Assembly (NCBI RefSeq): GCF_035084215.1
Contig: NC_090333.1
Span: 83,638,001 to 83,672,552 of the forward strand
Origin: Heptranchias perlo
Taxonomy: Eukaryota
Length of the DNA: 34,552 nucleotides
Direction of reading: 5' to 3'
The translations under genes and the position numbers were made by a program. Shown here piece by piece: positions 25,801 to 34,552 of the stretch. The number at the start of each line of letters is the position of its first letter. Position 1 is the first letter of the stretch. Below the pieces are notes generated by a model. It worked only from the letters and a program-made list of their open reading frames with translations. It did not search any database and was not told the DNA's origin.

Positions 25801-26620
25801 GTGAGTGTTTTATACGGGGTGTGAGTGTTTTATACGGGGTGTGAGTGTTTTATACGGGGTGTGAGTGTTTTATACTGGGGTGTGAGTGTTTTATACTGGG
25901 GTGTGAGTGTTTTATACTGGGGTGTGAGTGTTTTATACGGGGTGTGAGTGTTTTATACGGGGTGTGAGTGTTTTATGCTGGGTGTGAGTGTTTTATACGG
26001 GGTGTGAGTGTTTTATACGGGGTGTGAGTGTTTTATATGGGGTGTGAGTGTTTTATACGGGGTGTGTGTGTTTTATACTGGGGTGTGTGTATTTTATACT
26101 GGGGTGTGAGTGTTTTATACGGGGTGTGTGTGTTTTATACTGGGGTGTGAGTGTTTTATACGGGGTATGAGTGTTTTATACTGGGGTGTGAGTGTTTTAT
26201 ACGGGGTGTGAGTGTTTTATACTGGGGTGTGAGTGTTTTATACTGGGGTGTGAGTGTTTTATACGGGGTGTGAGTGTTTTATGCTGGGTGTGAGTGTTTT
26301 ATACGGGGTGTGAGTGTTTTATACGGGGTGTGAGTGTTTTATATGGGGTGTGAGTGTTTTATACGGGGTGTGAGTGTTTTATACTGGGGTGTGAGTGTTT
26401 TATACTGGGGTGTGAGTGTTTTATACGGGGTGTGAGTGTTTTATACGGGGTGTGAGTGTTTTATACTGGGGTGTGAGTGTTTTATACTGGGGTGTGAGTG
26501 TTTTATACAGGGTGTGAGTGTTTTATACTGGGGTGTGAGTGTTTTATACGGGGTGTGAGTATTTTATACGGGGTGTGAGTGTTTTATACGGGGTGTGAGT
26601 GTTTTATACGGGGTGTGTGT
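13829..26620 (+). repeat. 20/21-bp minisatellite, main arm (~630 copies; units CGGGGT-, CTGGGT-, CTGGGGT-, CGAGGT- + GTGAGTGTTTTATA)
   Basis: Direct tandem periodicity with internal higher-order duplications. Confidence 0.98.
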
Positions 26621-26813
26621 GTTTAATATAAGATGGTGTTTCCCAGTATATTTTATACACTGTGAGGTTTGATGAACACGGTCAGAGGGGATCAGTTCTC
26701 TGTTCTTTGATGTGAGCCTCCCATGACTGTCGCAGTGACTCAGACTGCAGTGCTGTTGTTCTCTGTCAGGAGTCTTGCATCACCAGGTTATAGTCCAACA
26801 GCTTTATTTAAAA

Positions 26814-26850
26814 TCACAAGCTTTCGGAGGCTTCCTCCTTCGTCAGGTGA
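26814..26850 (-). ncRNA. Minimal type I hammerhead ribozyme (PLE-associated)
   Basis: Sense TCAC-CTGACGA-A-GGAGG-AAG-CCTCC-GAAA-GC-TT-GTGA: stem I TCAC/GTGA, core CUGANGA, 5-bp stem II, GAAA, palindromic minimal stem III (AAGCTT). Confidence 0.85.
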
Positions 26851-27028
26851 GTGTGGGATTCCATGAAAGGTACTGCATATCTGGTCAGAGAACAATTCCT
26901 GGTGATTGCAGATAATCTTTCCAACTGCCCGTAATCAAGGCAATCAAAGGAGTTGAATAGTGTTCAGACAGAGAGACATTACATTCAAGACTACTGAATA
27001 TATAAACGGTCAGAACCCAAAGACAGAT

Positions 27029-27047
27029 AGAGAGAGAGAGAGAGAGA
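27029..27047 (+). repeat. (AG)n microsatellite within the PLE 3' region
   Basis: agagagagagagagagaga. Confidence 0.9.
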
Positions 27048-27273
27048 AACATCCGAAAGGAAGAGAAAGAGAGAGAATTTCCAGTTGTATTAAAAACAGA
27101 TAACTTTTTTTCACTGGTGGGGTAACGTGTAGCGTGACATGAACCCAAGATCCCGGTTGAGGCCGTCCTCATGGGTGCGGAACTTGGCTATCAATTTCTG
27201 CTCGACGATTTTGCGTTGTCGTGTGTCTCGAAGGCCGTCATGGAGAACGCTTACCCGAAGATCGGTGTCTGAA

Positions 27274-27344
27274 TTTTGGATGAGAGTGGACGATGGGAGT
27301 CTGGCAAGAGGAGCATTGGATAGTTGAATTGGACGTGACAAAGA
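27274..27344 (+). repeat. 71-bp exact direct copy of 27866-27936 (L2 sequence) at the PLE 5' junction
   Basis: TTTTGGATGAGAGTGGACG...GGACGTGACAAAGA is identical at both positions (offset 592). Confidence 0.95.
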
Positions 27345-27506
27345 TATGCATCAGCGGCCTCTCTGCCCCGTCCCTAATCTGCCTGTTCTCTCCTGAAGTC
27401 TTTGACAGTTCTCCTCTCTGTTTGCCAAACCTCTCCTTTTGTGCAGTCAGCACATTCCGATTCTCATGCTCCCTCTGCCCAAGTCCAAATCATCGATATA
27501 TATCAG

Positions 27507-28180
27507 GAACAACTTGCACCTTTAATGGGGAAAACAATCCCACCACAGTTCACAGGACATCAGGAAAAGGGATACGAGCCAAGGAAGGAGAGATTAGGAG
27601 GGGTGACCAAAAGCTTGGTTAAAGATGTGGGTTTTAAGGAGGGGCTTAAAGGAAGAGAGGGCAGTGCAGTATTTCAGGGAGGCTGAAGGTAAAGGAGGTT
27701 ATAGATATGGGAGTGGGAGAAGGCTACGGAGGGATCTAAAAACAAAGACAAGAACTTTGAATTTAAATTTGAAGGTGTTGGAGGATGGAAGGCCAATGTA
27801 GGTCAGCACGGACGGGGGTGATGGGCGAGCAGGACTTGGTTTGGGACAGGATATGGACAGCAGAGTTTTGGATGAGAGTGGACGATGGGAGTCTGGCAAG
27901 AGGAGCATTGGATAGTTGAATTGGACGTGACAAAGACATGAATAAGGGTTTCAGCAGCGGAAGAAGTGAGGAAGGTGCAGAGACGGGCAATGTTACGGAG
28001 GGGGAAGTGGGTGATCTTTGTGATGTAGAGGATATGGAGGTCAGCTTGGGGTCAAATACGACACCAAGGTTGTAAAGAGTCTGGTTCAGTGTGAGACAGT
28101 GCTCAGGGAGAGGGATGGAGATTGTGGTGGGAGATGAAGACGATGGCTTTGGTCTTCCCAATGTGTTTAGCTGGAGGAAA
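27507..28180 (-). mobile_element. Degenerate L2-clade LINE 3' fragment
   Basis: Peptides NLGVVFDPKL, IQNSAVHILSQTKSCSPITPVRADLHWP and FKVLVFVFRSL resemble the L2 ORF2 C-terminus; 3' end ...TGCAAGTTGTT near 27507-27520. Confidence 0.8.
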
Positions 28181-28228
28181 GAAAGAAAGAAAAAGAAAGG
28201 AGATTAAGATTCCACAATAAGGTAGATT

Positions 28229-29186
28229 GTACATGGTGTGTGGAGGGAGATTAAATGGGTGGGTCGAGTCCATGATAGGGGAGAGTGTACATGGTGTGTG
28301 GAGGGAGATTAAATGGGTGGGTAGAGTCCATGATAGGGGAGAGTGTACATGGTGTGTGGAGGGAGATTAAATGGGTGGGTAGAGTCCATGATAGGGGAGA
28401 GTGTACATGGTGTGTGGAGGGAGATTAAATGGGTGGGTAGAGTCCATGATAGGGGAGAGTGTACATGGTGTGTGGAGGGAGATTAAATGGGTGGGTAGAG
28501 TCCGTGATAGGGGAGAGTGTACATGGTGTGTGGAGGGAGATTAAATGGGTGGGGAGAGTCCGTGATAGGGGAGAGTGTACATGGGGTGTGGAGGAGATTA
28601 AATGGGTGGGTAGAGTCCATGATAGGGGAGAGTGTACATGGTGTGTGGAGGGAGATTAAATGGGTGGGTAGAGTCCATGATAGGGGAGAGTGTACATGGT
28701 GTGTGGAGGGAGATTAAATGGGTGGGGAGAGTCCGTGATAGGGGAGAGTGTACATGGTGTGTGGAGGGAGATTAAATGGGTGGGTAGAGTCCATGATAGG
28801 GGAGAGTGTACATGGTGTGTGGAGGGAGATTAAATGGGTGGGGAGAGTCCATGATAGGGGAGAGTGTACATGGTGTGTGGAGGGAGATTAAATGGGTGGG
28901 GAGAGTCCATGATAGGGGAGAGTGTACATGGTGTGTGGAGGGAGATTAAATGGGTGGGGAGAGTCCATGATAGGGGAGAGTGTACATGGTGTGTGGAGGG
29001 AGATTAAATGGGTGGGGAGAGTCCATGATAGGGGAGAGTGTACATGGGGTGTGGAGGGAGATTAAATGGGTGGGTAGAGTCCATGATAGGGGAGAGTGTA
29101 CATGGGGTGTGGAGGGAGATTAAATGGGTGGGTAGAGTCCATGATAGGGGAGAGTGTACATGGTGTGTGGAGGGAGATTAAATGGG
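28229..29186 (+). repeat. 58-bp minisatellite GTACATGGTGTGTGGAGGGAGATTAAATGGGTGGGTAGAGTCCATGATAGGGGAGAGT (~16.5 copies)
   Basis: Direct tandem periodicity with near-identical units. Confidence 0.97.
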
Positions 29187-29819
29187 CTAATGGTTAAATG
29201 GCCTTTTCCCATTCTGGGAGAGTTGAGCTCACTCCTCTGTGACCTTGGTAATTCCTGTTGGGTGAGGGAGGAATCTCTCCCAATCCCCTGAACTGTCAGC
29301 CCTCCGTTTGGGGAGTGTTGCACTAGTCCTGTCCCTAAACCTGTCTGGAAGGCCATTAGAACAGAACTTTATTCCCAGGCTCCGTTGGGCTGTGCTGGAG
29401 GCCCTGAGTCCTGGGATTCAGACTATGGATCAAGGTTTGAGTTAGACCGGCTGAAATTGAGCCCCATGCCCGGTGTGGATGTGCTGAACACAGCAGTGTG
29501 CAGTTCCAGTGTCCAGAATCTAAGCACAGGCTCTTCTTCAAATGGGCTCCTGTTTCAGGGTTGACGGGGCGTGGAGAGTTTAGCTGCCAGTGAGCCTGGG
29601 TCTTCAGACCTGCTGTTATTTTGGCTGTTTAGACAGTTATTATTAGAGACTCAGACCACAGCAGGAATCCCCTGTGCAAAAAATAATTGAAAAGATGCTC
29701 AGATCGGAAGATTGAAACTGAACCAACAGAGGAAGTGAAAGAAGGAGCTCGGTGCAGCTGGACGATTGTTAATAACACGGGGAAAATCTGCGAACCGCGC
29801 CCACCCACACACAACCTCC

Positions 29820-29960
29820 AATCTGACAGCACAGAAGGAGGCCATTCGGCCCATCGTGCCTGTGCCGGCTCTTTGAAAGAGCTGTCCAATTGGTCCCACT
29901 CCCCCTCTATTCCCCATAGCCCTGCAACTTTCTCCTTTTCCAGTCGAGATCCAATTATCT
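29820..29960 (-). mobile_element. 3' tail of a CR1-type LINE/SINE (resembles the shark HER1/HE1 tail)
   Basis: Sense ...GGCACGATGGGCCGAATGGCCTCCTTCTGTGCTGTCAGAT with GGCC-GAAT-GGCC hairpin; family recognised from memory. Confidence 0.65.
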
Positions 29961-30259
29961 CTTGTCGGCCTGGGGTTACTGCACAAGACTGCCCCTAACA
30001 TGGGCACTAAAGTGGCATCTCATTCATTGATTGGACCAGGAAATGCCTGGTGTGGGTAATGGAGCTCAGGGCTCTGACCATTCCCTCTCCTCTCCTGAGG
30101 GTTCCTTCATGCTGGGGTACAGTTCCATGGGCCCCGGGCAACACATTCCTACCTCACCCACTTCCCCATTCTGTGTGTGGAAGACTGGACCCTGTCAGCA
30201 GGATATTTGACTGCAGAGGGCATCACCACTGTGTCCAATTCTGTCCTCACCCAAAATCC

Positions 30260-30889
30260 AAACACAACTTGCATTTAGATAGCGCCTTTAACATCCAAAA
30301 CGTCCCAAGATGCTTCACACAGCTGCAGTTAGAGGAACAGAATGCTGAGCCCGGGAGGGGGGGAGGGAGAGGGAGGAGGGCGGGGGACTTTAGGAAGGGC
30401 GATTGAAGGCTTGTGTGAAAGGATGGAATTTGATGATGAGGAGAGAGAACGAGAGGGGTGAGGGATTAAGGGTGGGAGTTCAGAGAGCAGGGCCGAGGAG
30501 TCTGAAGGCTCTGCCATCAATGGTGGGATGAAGGAGGCAGCGATGGGCAGGAGGCCAGAGTCTGAGAGCGAGGGGTGTGGGAGGGAATGTAAGTCTGCAG
30601 CAGGACGCAGAGGTCGGGTGGAGCGAGGCCATGGAGGGAATTGGAGACAAGGCTTTCAAATTTGATGTGTTGGGGATCAGGGAGCCAGTGTCGGTCAGTG
30701 AGGTCAGGGGTCGTGTCCGAACGGGAGTGTGGGTGAAGGAAGCCGGGAGGGGCATTGGAATCATCGAGTTTGGAGGTGAGACAAGCAAGGGGCTGACGGA
30801 GGGAGGAGACGGGCAATGTTGTGGAGATGGAAATAAGTGGCCTTTGTGATGGAGTGGATGTGGGGTTTGAAGCTCAGCCATTGGAGCAA
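30260..30889 (-). mobile_element. Second degenerate L2-clade LINE 3' fragment
   Basis: Peptides HWLPDPQHIKFESLVSNSLHGLAPPDLCVLLQTY and PTIDGRAFRLLGP; L2-type 3' end GGCGCTATCTAAATGCAAGTTG near 30264-30285. Confidence 0.78.
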
Positions 30890-32174
30890 CAATAGGGAGT
30901 AGGCCCATGATTACTGGTCCCTATTAGAGGACCAATAGGGAGTAGGCCCATGATTACTGGTCCCTATTAATGGACCAATAGGGAGTAGGCCCATGTTTAC
31001 TGGTCCCTATTAGAGGACCAATAGGGAGTAGGCCCATGATTACTGGTCCCTATTAGAGGACCAATAGGGAGTAGGCCCATGTTTACTGGTCCCTATTAGA
31101 GGACCAATAGGGAGTAGGCCCATGATTACTGGTCCCAATTAATGGACCAATAGGGAGTAGGCCCATGTTTACTGGTCCCTATTAGAGGACCAATAGGGAG
31201 TAGGCCCATGATTACTGGTCCCAATTAATGGACCAATAGGCAGTAGGCCCATGTTTACTGGTCCCTATTAGAGGACCAATAGGGAGTAGGCCCATGATTA
31301 CTGGTCCCAATTAATGGACCAATAGGGAGTGGGCCCATGTTTACTGGTCCCTATTAGAGGACCAATAGGGAGTAGGCCCATGATGACTGGTCCCTATTAA
31401 TGGACCAATAGGGAGTGGGCCCATGTTTACTGGTCCCTATTAGAGGACCAATAGGGAGTAGGCCCATGATTACTGGTCCCAATTAATGGACCAATAGGCA
31501 GTAGGCCCATGATTACTGGTCCCTATTAGAGGACCAATAGGGAGTAGGCCAATGATTACTGGTCCCAATTAATGGACCAATAGGGAGTGGGCCCATGTTT
31601 ACTGGTCCCTATTAGAGGACCAATAGGGAGTAGGCCCATGATTACTGGTCCCTATTAATGGACCAATAGGGAGTAGGCCCATGATTCCTGGTCCCTATTA
31701 GAGGACCAATAGGGAGTAGGCCCATGATTACTGGTCCCTATTAGAGGACCAATAGGGAGTAGGCCCATGATTACTGGTCCCTATTAGAGGACCAATAGGG
31801 AGTAGGCCCATGATTACTGGTCCCTATTAATGGACCAATAGGGAGTAGGCCCATGATTACTGGTCCCTATTAGAGGACCAATAGGGAGTAGGCCCATGAT
31901 TACTGGTCCCCATTAATGGACCAATAGGGAGTAGGCCCATGTTTACTGGTCCCTATTAGAGGACCAATAGGGAGTAGGCCCATGTTTACTGGTCCCTATT
32001 AGAGGACCAATAGGGAGTAGGCCCATGTTTACTGGTCCCTATTAGAGGACCAATAGGGAGTAGGCCCATGTTTACTGGTCCCTATTAGAGGACCAATAGG
32101 GAGTAGGCCCATGTTTACTGGTCCCTATTAATGGACCAATAGGGAGTAGGCCCTTGTTTCCCGGTCCCCATTGG
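30890..32174 (+). repeat. 43-bp minisatellite CAATAGGGAGTAGGCCCATGATTACTGGTCCCTATTAGAGGAC (~30 copies) with internal inverted repeats
   Basis: Period 43 (30891 to 30934); inverted pairs AATAGGGA/TCCCTATT and TGGTCC/GGACCA. Confidence 0.97.
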
Positions 32175-32280
32175 TCAGTGGGATGTGGACACCATGGTGA
32201 TCGCTGATCCTTGATGTTTGAAATGTGGGACCGAACGGACCCCATCCCAGTAAATACACCACGATCCGGAGCCTGGACAT

Positions 32281-33497
32281 GGAGAGGGGGAGGGGAGGGG
32301 AAGGGGGGAATAGAGGGGAGAGGGGAGTGGAGGGGAAATAGAGGGGGGAGAGAGGGAGGGAGGGATGGAGGGAGGGGAGGAGAGGAGAGGGGAGGAAAGG
32401 GGAAGGGGCTGGAGAGGGGAAGAGAGGTGGGGAGGATAGGGGAAGGAGAGGCGAGGAGGAGGGGGGGGGAGGTGAGGAGGGGGGAGGAGAGGGGGAGGTG
32501 AGGAGGGGGAGAAGTGGGGAGGAGGTGCGGAGAGGGGGAGGAGAGGGGGGAGGAGAGGGGGGAGAGGGGGAGGGGAGGGGGGAGGTGAGGAGAGGGGGAG
32601 CAGAGGGGGGGAGGTGAGGAGAGGGGGGGAGGTGAGGAGAGGGGTGGAGAGGGCGGAGGTGAGGAGGGGAGGTGAGGAGGGGGGAGGAGGTGAGCGGAGG
32701 GGTGGAGAGGGGGGAAGTGAGGAGGGGAGGTGAGGAGGGGGGAGGAGGTGAGGGGAGGGGTGGAGAGGGGGAGGTGGAGAGGGGGGGAGGTGAGGAGAGG
32801 GGGAGGTGAGGGGAGGGGGAGGAGAGGGGGGGGAGGTGAGGAGAGGGGGGAGGAGGTGAGGGGAAGGGTGGAGAGGGGGAGGTGAGGAGAGGGGGAGGTG
32901 AGGAGAGGGGGAGGTGAGGGGAGGGGGAGGAGAGGGGGGGGAGGAGAGGGGGGGGAGGTGAGGAGAGGGGGGAGGTGAGGAGAGGGGAGGAGGTGAGGGG
33001 GAGGTGGAGAGGGGGGTGAGGAGAGGGGGAGGAGAGGGGTGGAGAGAGGGGTGGAGAGAGGGGAGGAGAGGGGGGAGGTGAGGAGGGGTGAGGAGAGGGG
33101 GGAGGTGAGGAGAGGGGGAGGAGAGGGGCGAGGAGAGGGGCGAGGAGAGGGGGGAGGAGAGGGGGAGGTGAGGGGAGGGGGTGGAGAGGGGGGAGGGGGA
33201 GGAGAGGGGGGAGGGGGAGGAGAGGGGGGAGGTGAGGAGGGGTGAGGAGAGGGGGGAGGTGAGGAGAGGGGGGAGGAGAGGAGAGGGGGGAGGAGAGGAG
33301 AGGGGGGAGGAGAGGGGGGAGGTGAGGAGGGGTGAGGAGAGGGGGGAGGTGAGGAGAGGGGGGAGGTGGAGAGGGGGGAGGTGGAGAGGGGGGAGGTGGA
33401 GAGGGGGGAGGTGAGGAGAGGGGAGGTGAGGAGAGGGGAGGTGAGGGGGGGAGGTGAGGGGGGGAGGGGGAGGTGAGGAGGGGGGAGGAGAGGGGGA
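32281..33497 (+). repeat. G/A-rich polypurine low-complexity tract built from GGAGAGGGGGGAGGTGA-like motifs
   Basis: Almost no C and few T on the + strand. Confidence 0.95.
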
Positions 33498-33607
33498 CGA
33501 GTGGTGAAGGGATTAAGGAATGTTCCGTGAGTGGACGGGATGGGTCAGTGGGTCAGACCCTGTCCTGTCACTCCGGCCCACACTGATTGGCTGATCTCTC
33601 CTCTCTC

Positions 33608-33872
33608 TGCTGGCCCTCCATGAAATGTGTTTTCTGTACAAACCAGTCCCCAGTGAGAATCGGCCAACAGCACAGAACTGCCCTAATCTGACCATAACCT
33701 GCCAGTATTACTGAGAGAGGACACAGAATGGCCAATGTGGGAAGTGGGAAATGGCGTCTTGCTCCAGGAGGAGGCATGCTTCTGGGGTCAAAGGTTAACA
33801 TCCATTGGCGGGGCAGAGGAGAGGGAGTTTTACTCTGCGTTTAACTGTGCGACACCTGGCCTGGAAATGCTC
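33608..33872 (+). mobile_element. Diverged LF-SINE-like ancient SINE body
   Basis: Collinear blocks TGAAATGTGTT, CCAGTCCCCAGTG, GAGAGAGG..GAATGGCC, GGTCAAAGGTT..CATTGGCGGGGCAG resemble the LF-SINE consensus as I recall it; no alignment was run. Confidence 0.55.
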
Positions 33873-33927
33873 CATTCTCCAGAAATAATGTCTGTCACAG
33901 TGATCAGCGACAGAATTCACAATACAA

Positions 33928-34552
33928 TGGAGGGTGGGAGAGGGAGAGGGAGAGGGAGAGGAGAGAGGGAGGCTGTGAGGCAGAGAGAGAGAAAGGGGAG
34001 GGGAGGCTGTGAGATAGAGGGCAGGGGAGGGAGCGAGGGGGACAGAGTAGGGGAGACAGCCGGGGGGGAGAGGTGGAGGGAGGGAGAGAGGTGGAGGGAG
34101 GGGGAGAGATGGAGGGAGGGGGAGTGAGGAGGAGAGAACTGGGAGTGAGGGGGAGAGAGGTGGAGTGTGGGGGAGTGAGGGGTCGAGAGGGAGAGAGAGT
34201 TTGAGTGTGGAGGAGAGTGGTGGAGGGAGGAGGAGGGAGGGAGAGAGACGTGGGGGAGTGAGATGGAGGGAGGAGAGAGATGGAGTGGGGGGAGAGGGGG
34301 GAGTGAGGGGGGAGGGAGGGGGAGGGGGGGAGGGAGAGAGGTGGAAGGAGGGGGAGAGGGGGGAGGGAGGGGGAGAGAGGTGGAGGGAGGGGGATAGGTG
34401 GAGTGAGGTGGATTGAGGGGAGAGGGGTGGAGTGAGGGGGAGTGAGGGGGAGAGGGGGAAGGCAGGGGAGAGGTGGAGTGAGGGGGAGAGATGGATTAAG
34501 GGTCAAGAGGTGGAGGAAGGGGGAGAGGGGGGAGGGAGGGGGAGAGGGGGGA
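33928..34552 (+). repeat. G/A-rich polypurine low-complexity tract (runs off the window end)
   Basis: Purine-dominated + strand. Confidence 0.93.

Larger units (their letters stand above)
26769..27270 (-). mobile_element. 5'-truncated Penelope-like element: C-terminus of GIY-YIG endonuclease, 3' region, hammerhead and poly(A) signal
   Basis: Minus-strand peptide DLRVSVL..GLRDTRQRKIVEQKLIAKFRTHEDGLNRDLGFMSRY* (stop ~27111) matches the PLE GIY-YIG C-terminal E..LI..F.T...GLN.D.G pattern; hammerhead and AATAAA (26803-26808) follow. Left boundary approximate. Confidence 0.85.

Noticed and set aside
1-26620. Telomeric repeat
   Set aside because: No (TTAGGG)n; the units are 20-30-bp minisatellites.
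29687-30406. ORFs of 100-118 aa in semi-unique sequence
   Set aside because: No recognisable domain; they run through CR1 and L2 remnants.
28229-32174. CRISPR-like arrays (58-bp and palindromic 43-bp repeats)
   Set aside because: Units are head-to-tail without unique spacers; no cas genes; eukaryotic context.
32211-34506. Gly/Glu/Arg-rich and Pro/Ser/Leu-rich ORFs
   Set aside because: Translations of polypurine low-complexity DNA.

Overview
Eukaryotic, repeat-dominated window with no recognisable host protein-coding gene. The retroelement repertoire suggests a vertebrate, probably a shark or other cartilaginous fish (pattern recognition, not a search). About 75% of it is G/T-rich minisatellite: a ~30-bp array (1-9733) and a related 20/21-bp array (~9830-26620) sharing the core GTGAGTGTTTTATA. 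A ~3.27-kb APE-endonuclease/RT LINE (minus strand, 10555-13828, several frameshifts) is inserted in the 20-bp array and is the most interesting object. It starts with a tRNA-derived head with Pol III A and B boxes, has no room for an ORF1 and no in-frame ATG before the endonuclease. Its sense strand has no TTTT (Pol III terminator) across the ~2.9-kb coding region, suggesting a Pol III-transcribed, protein-coding LINE. Downstream are a Penelope-like fragment with a minimal hammerhead ribozyme and a 71-bp locally templated duplication at its 5' junction, two L2 fragments, a CR1-type 3' tail, 58-bp and 43-bp minisatellites, polypurine tracts and an LF-SINE-like relic. Almost all listed ORFs outside the retroelements are repeat artefacts.
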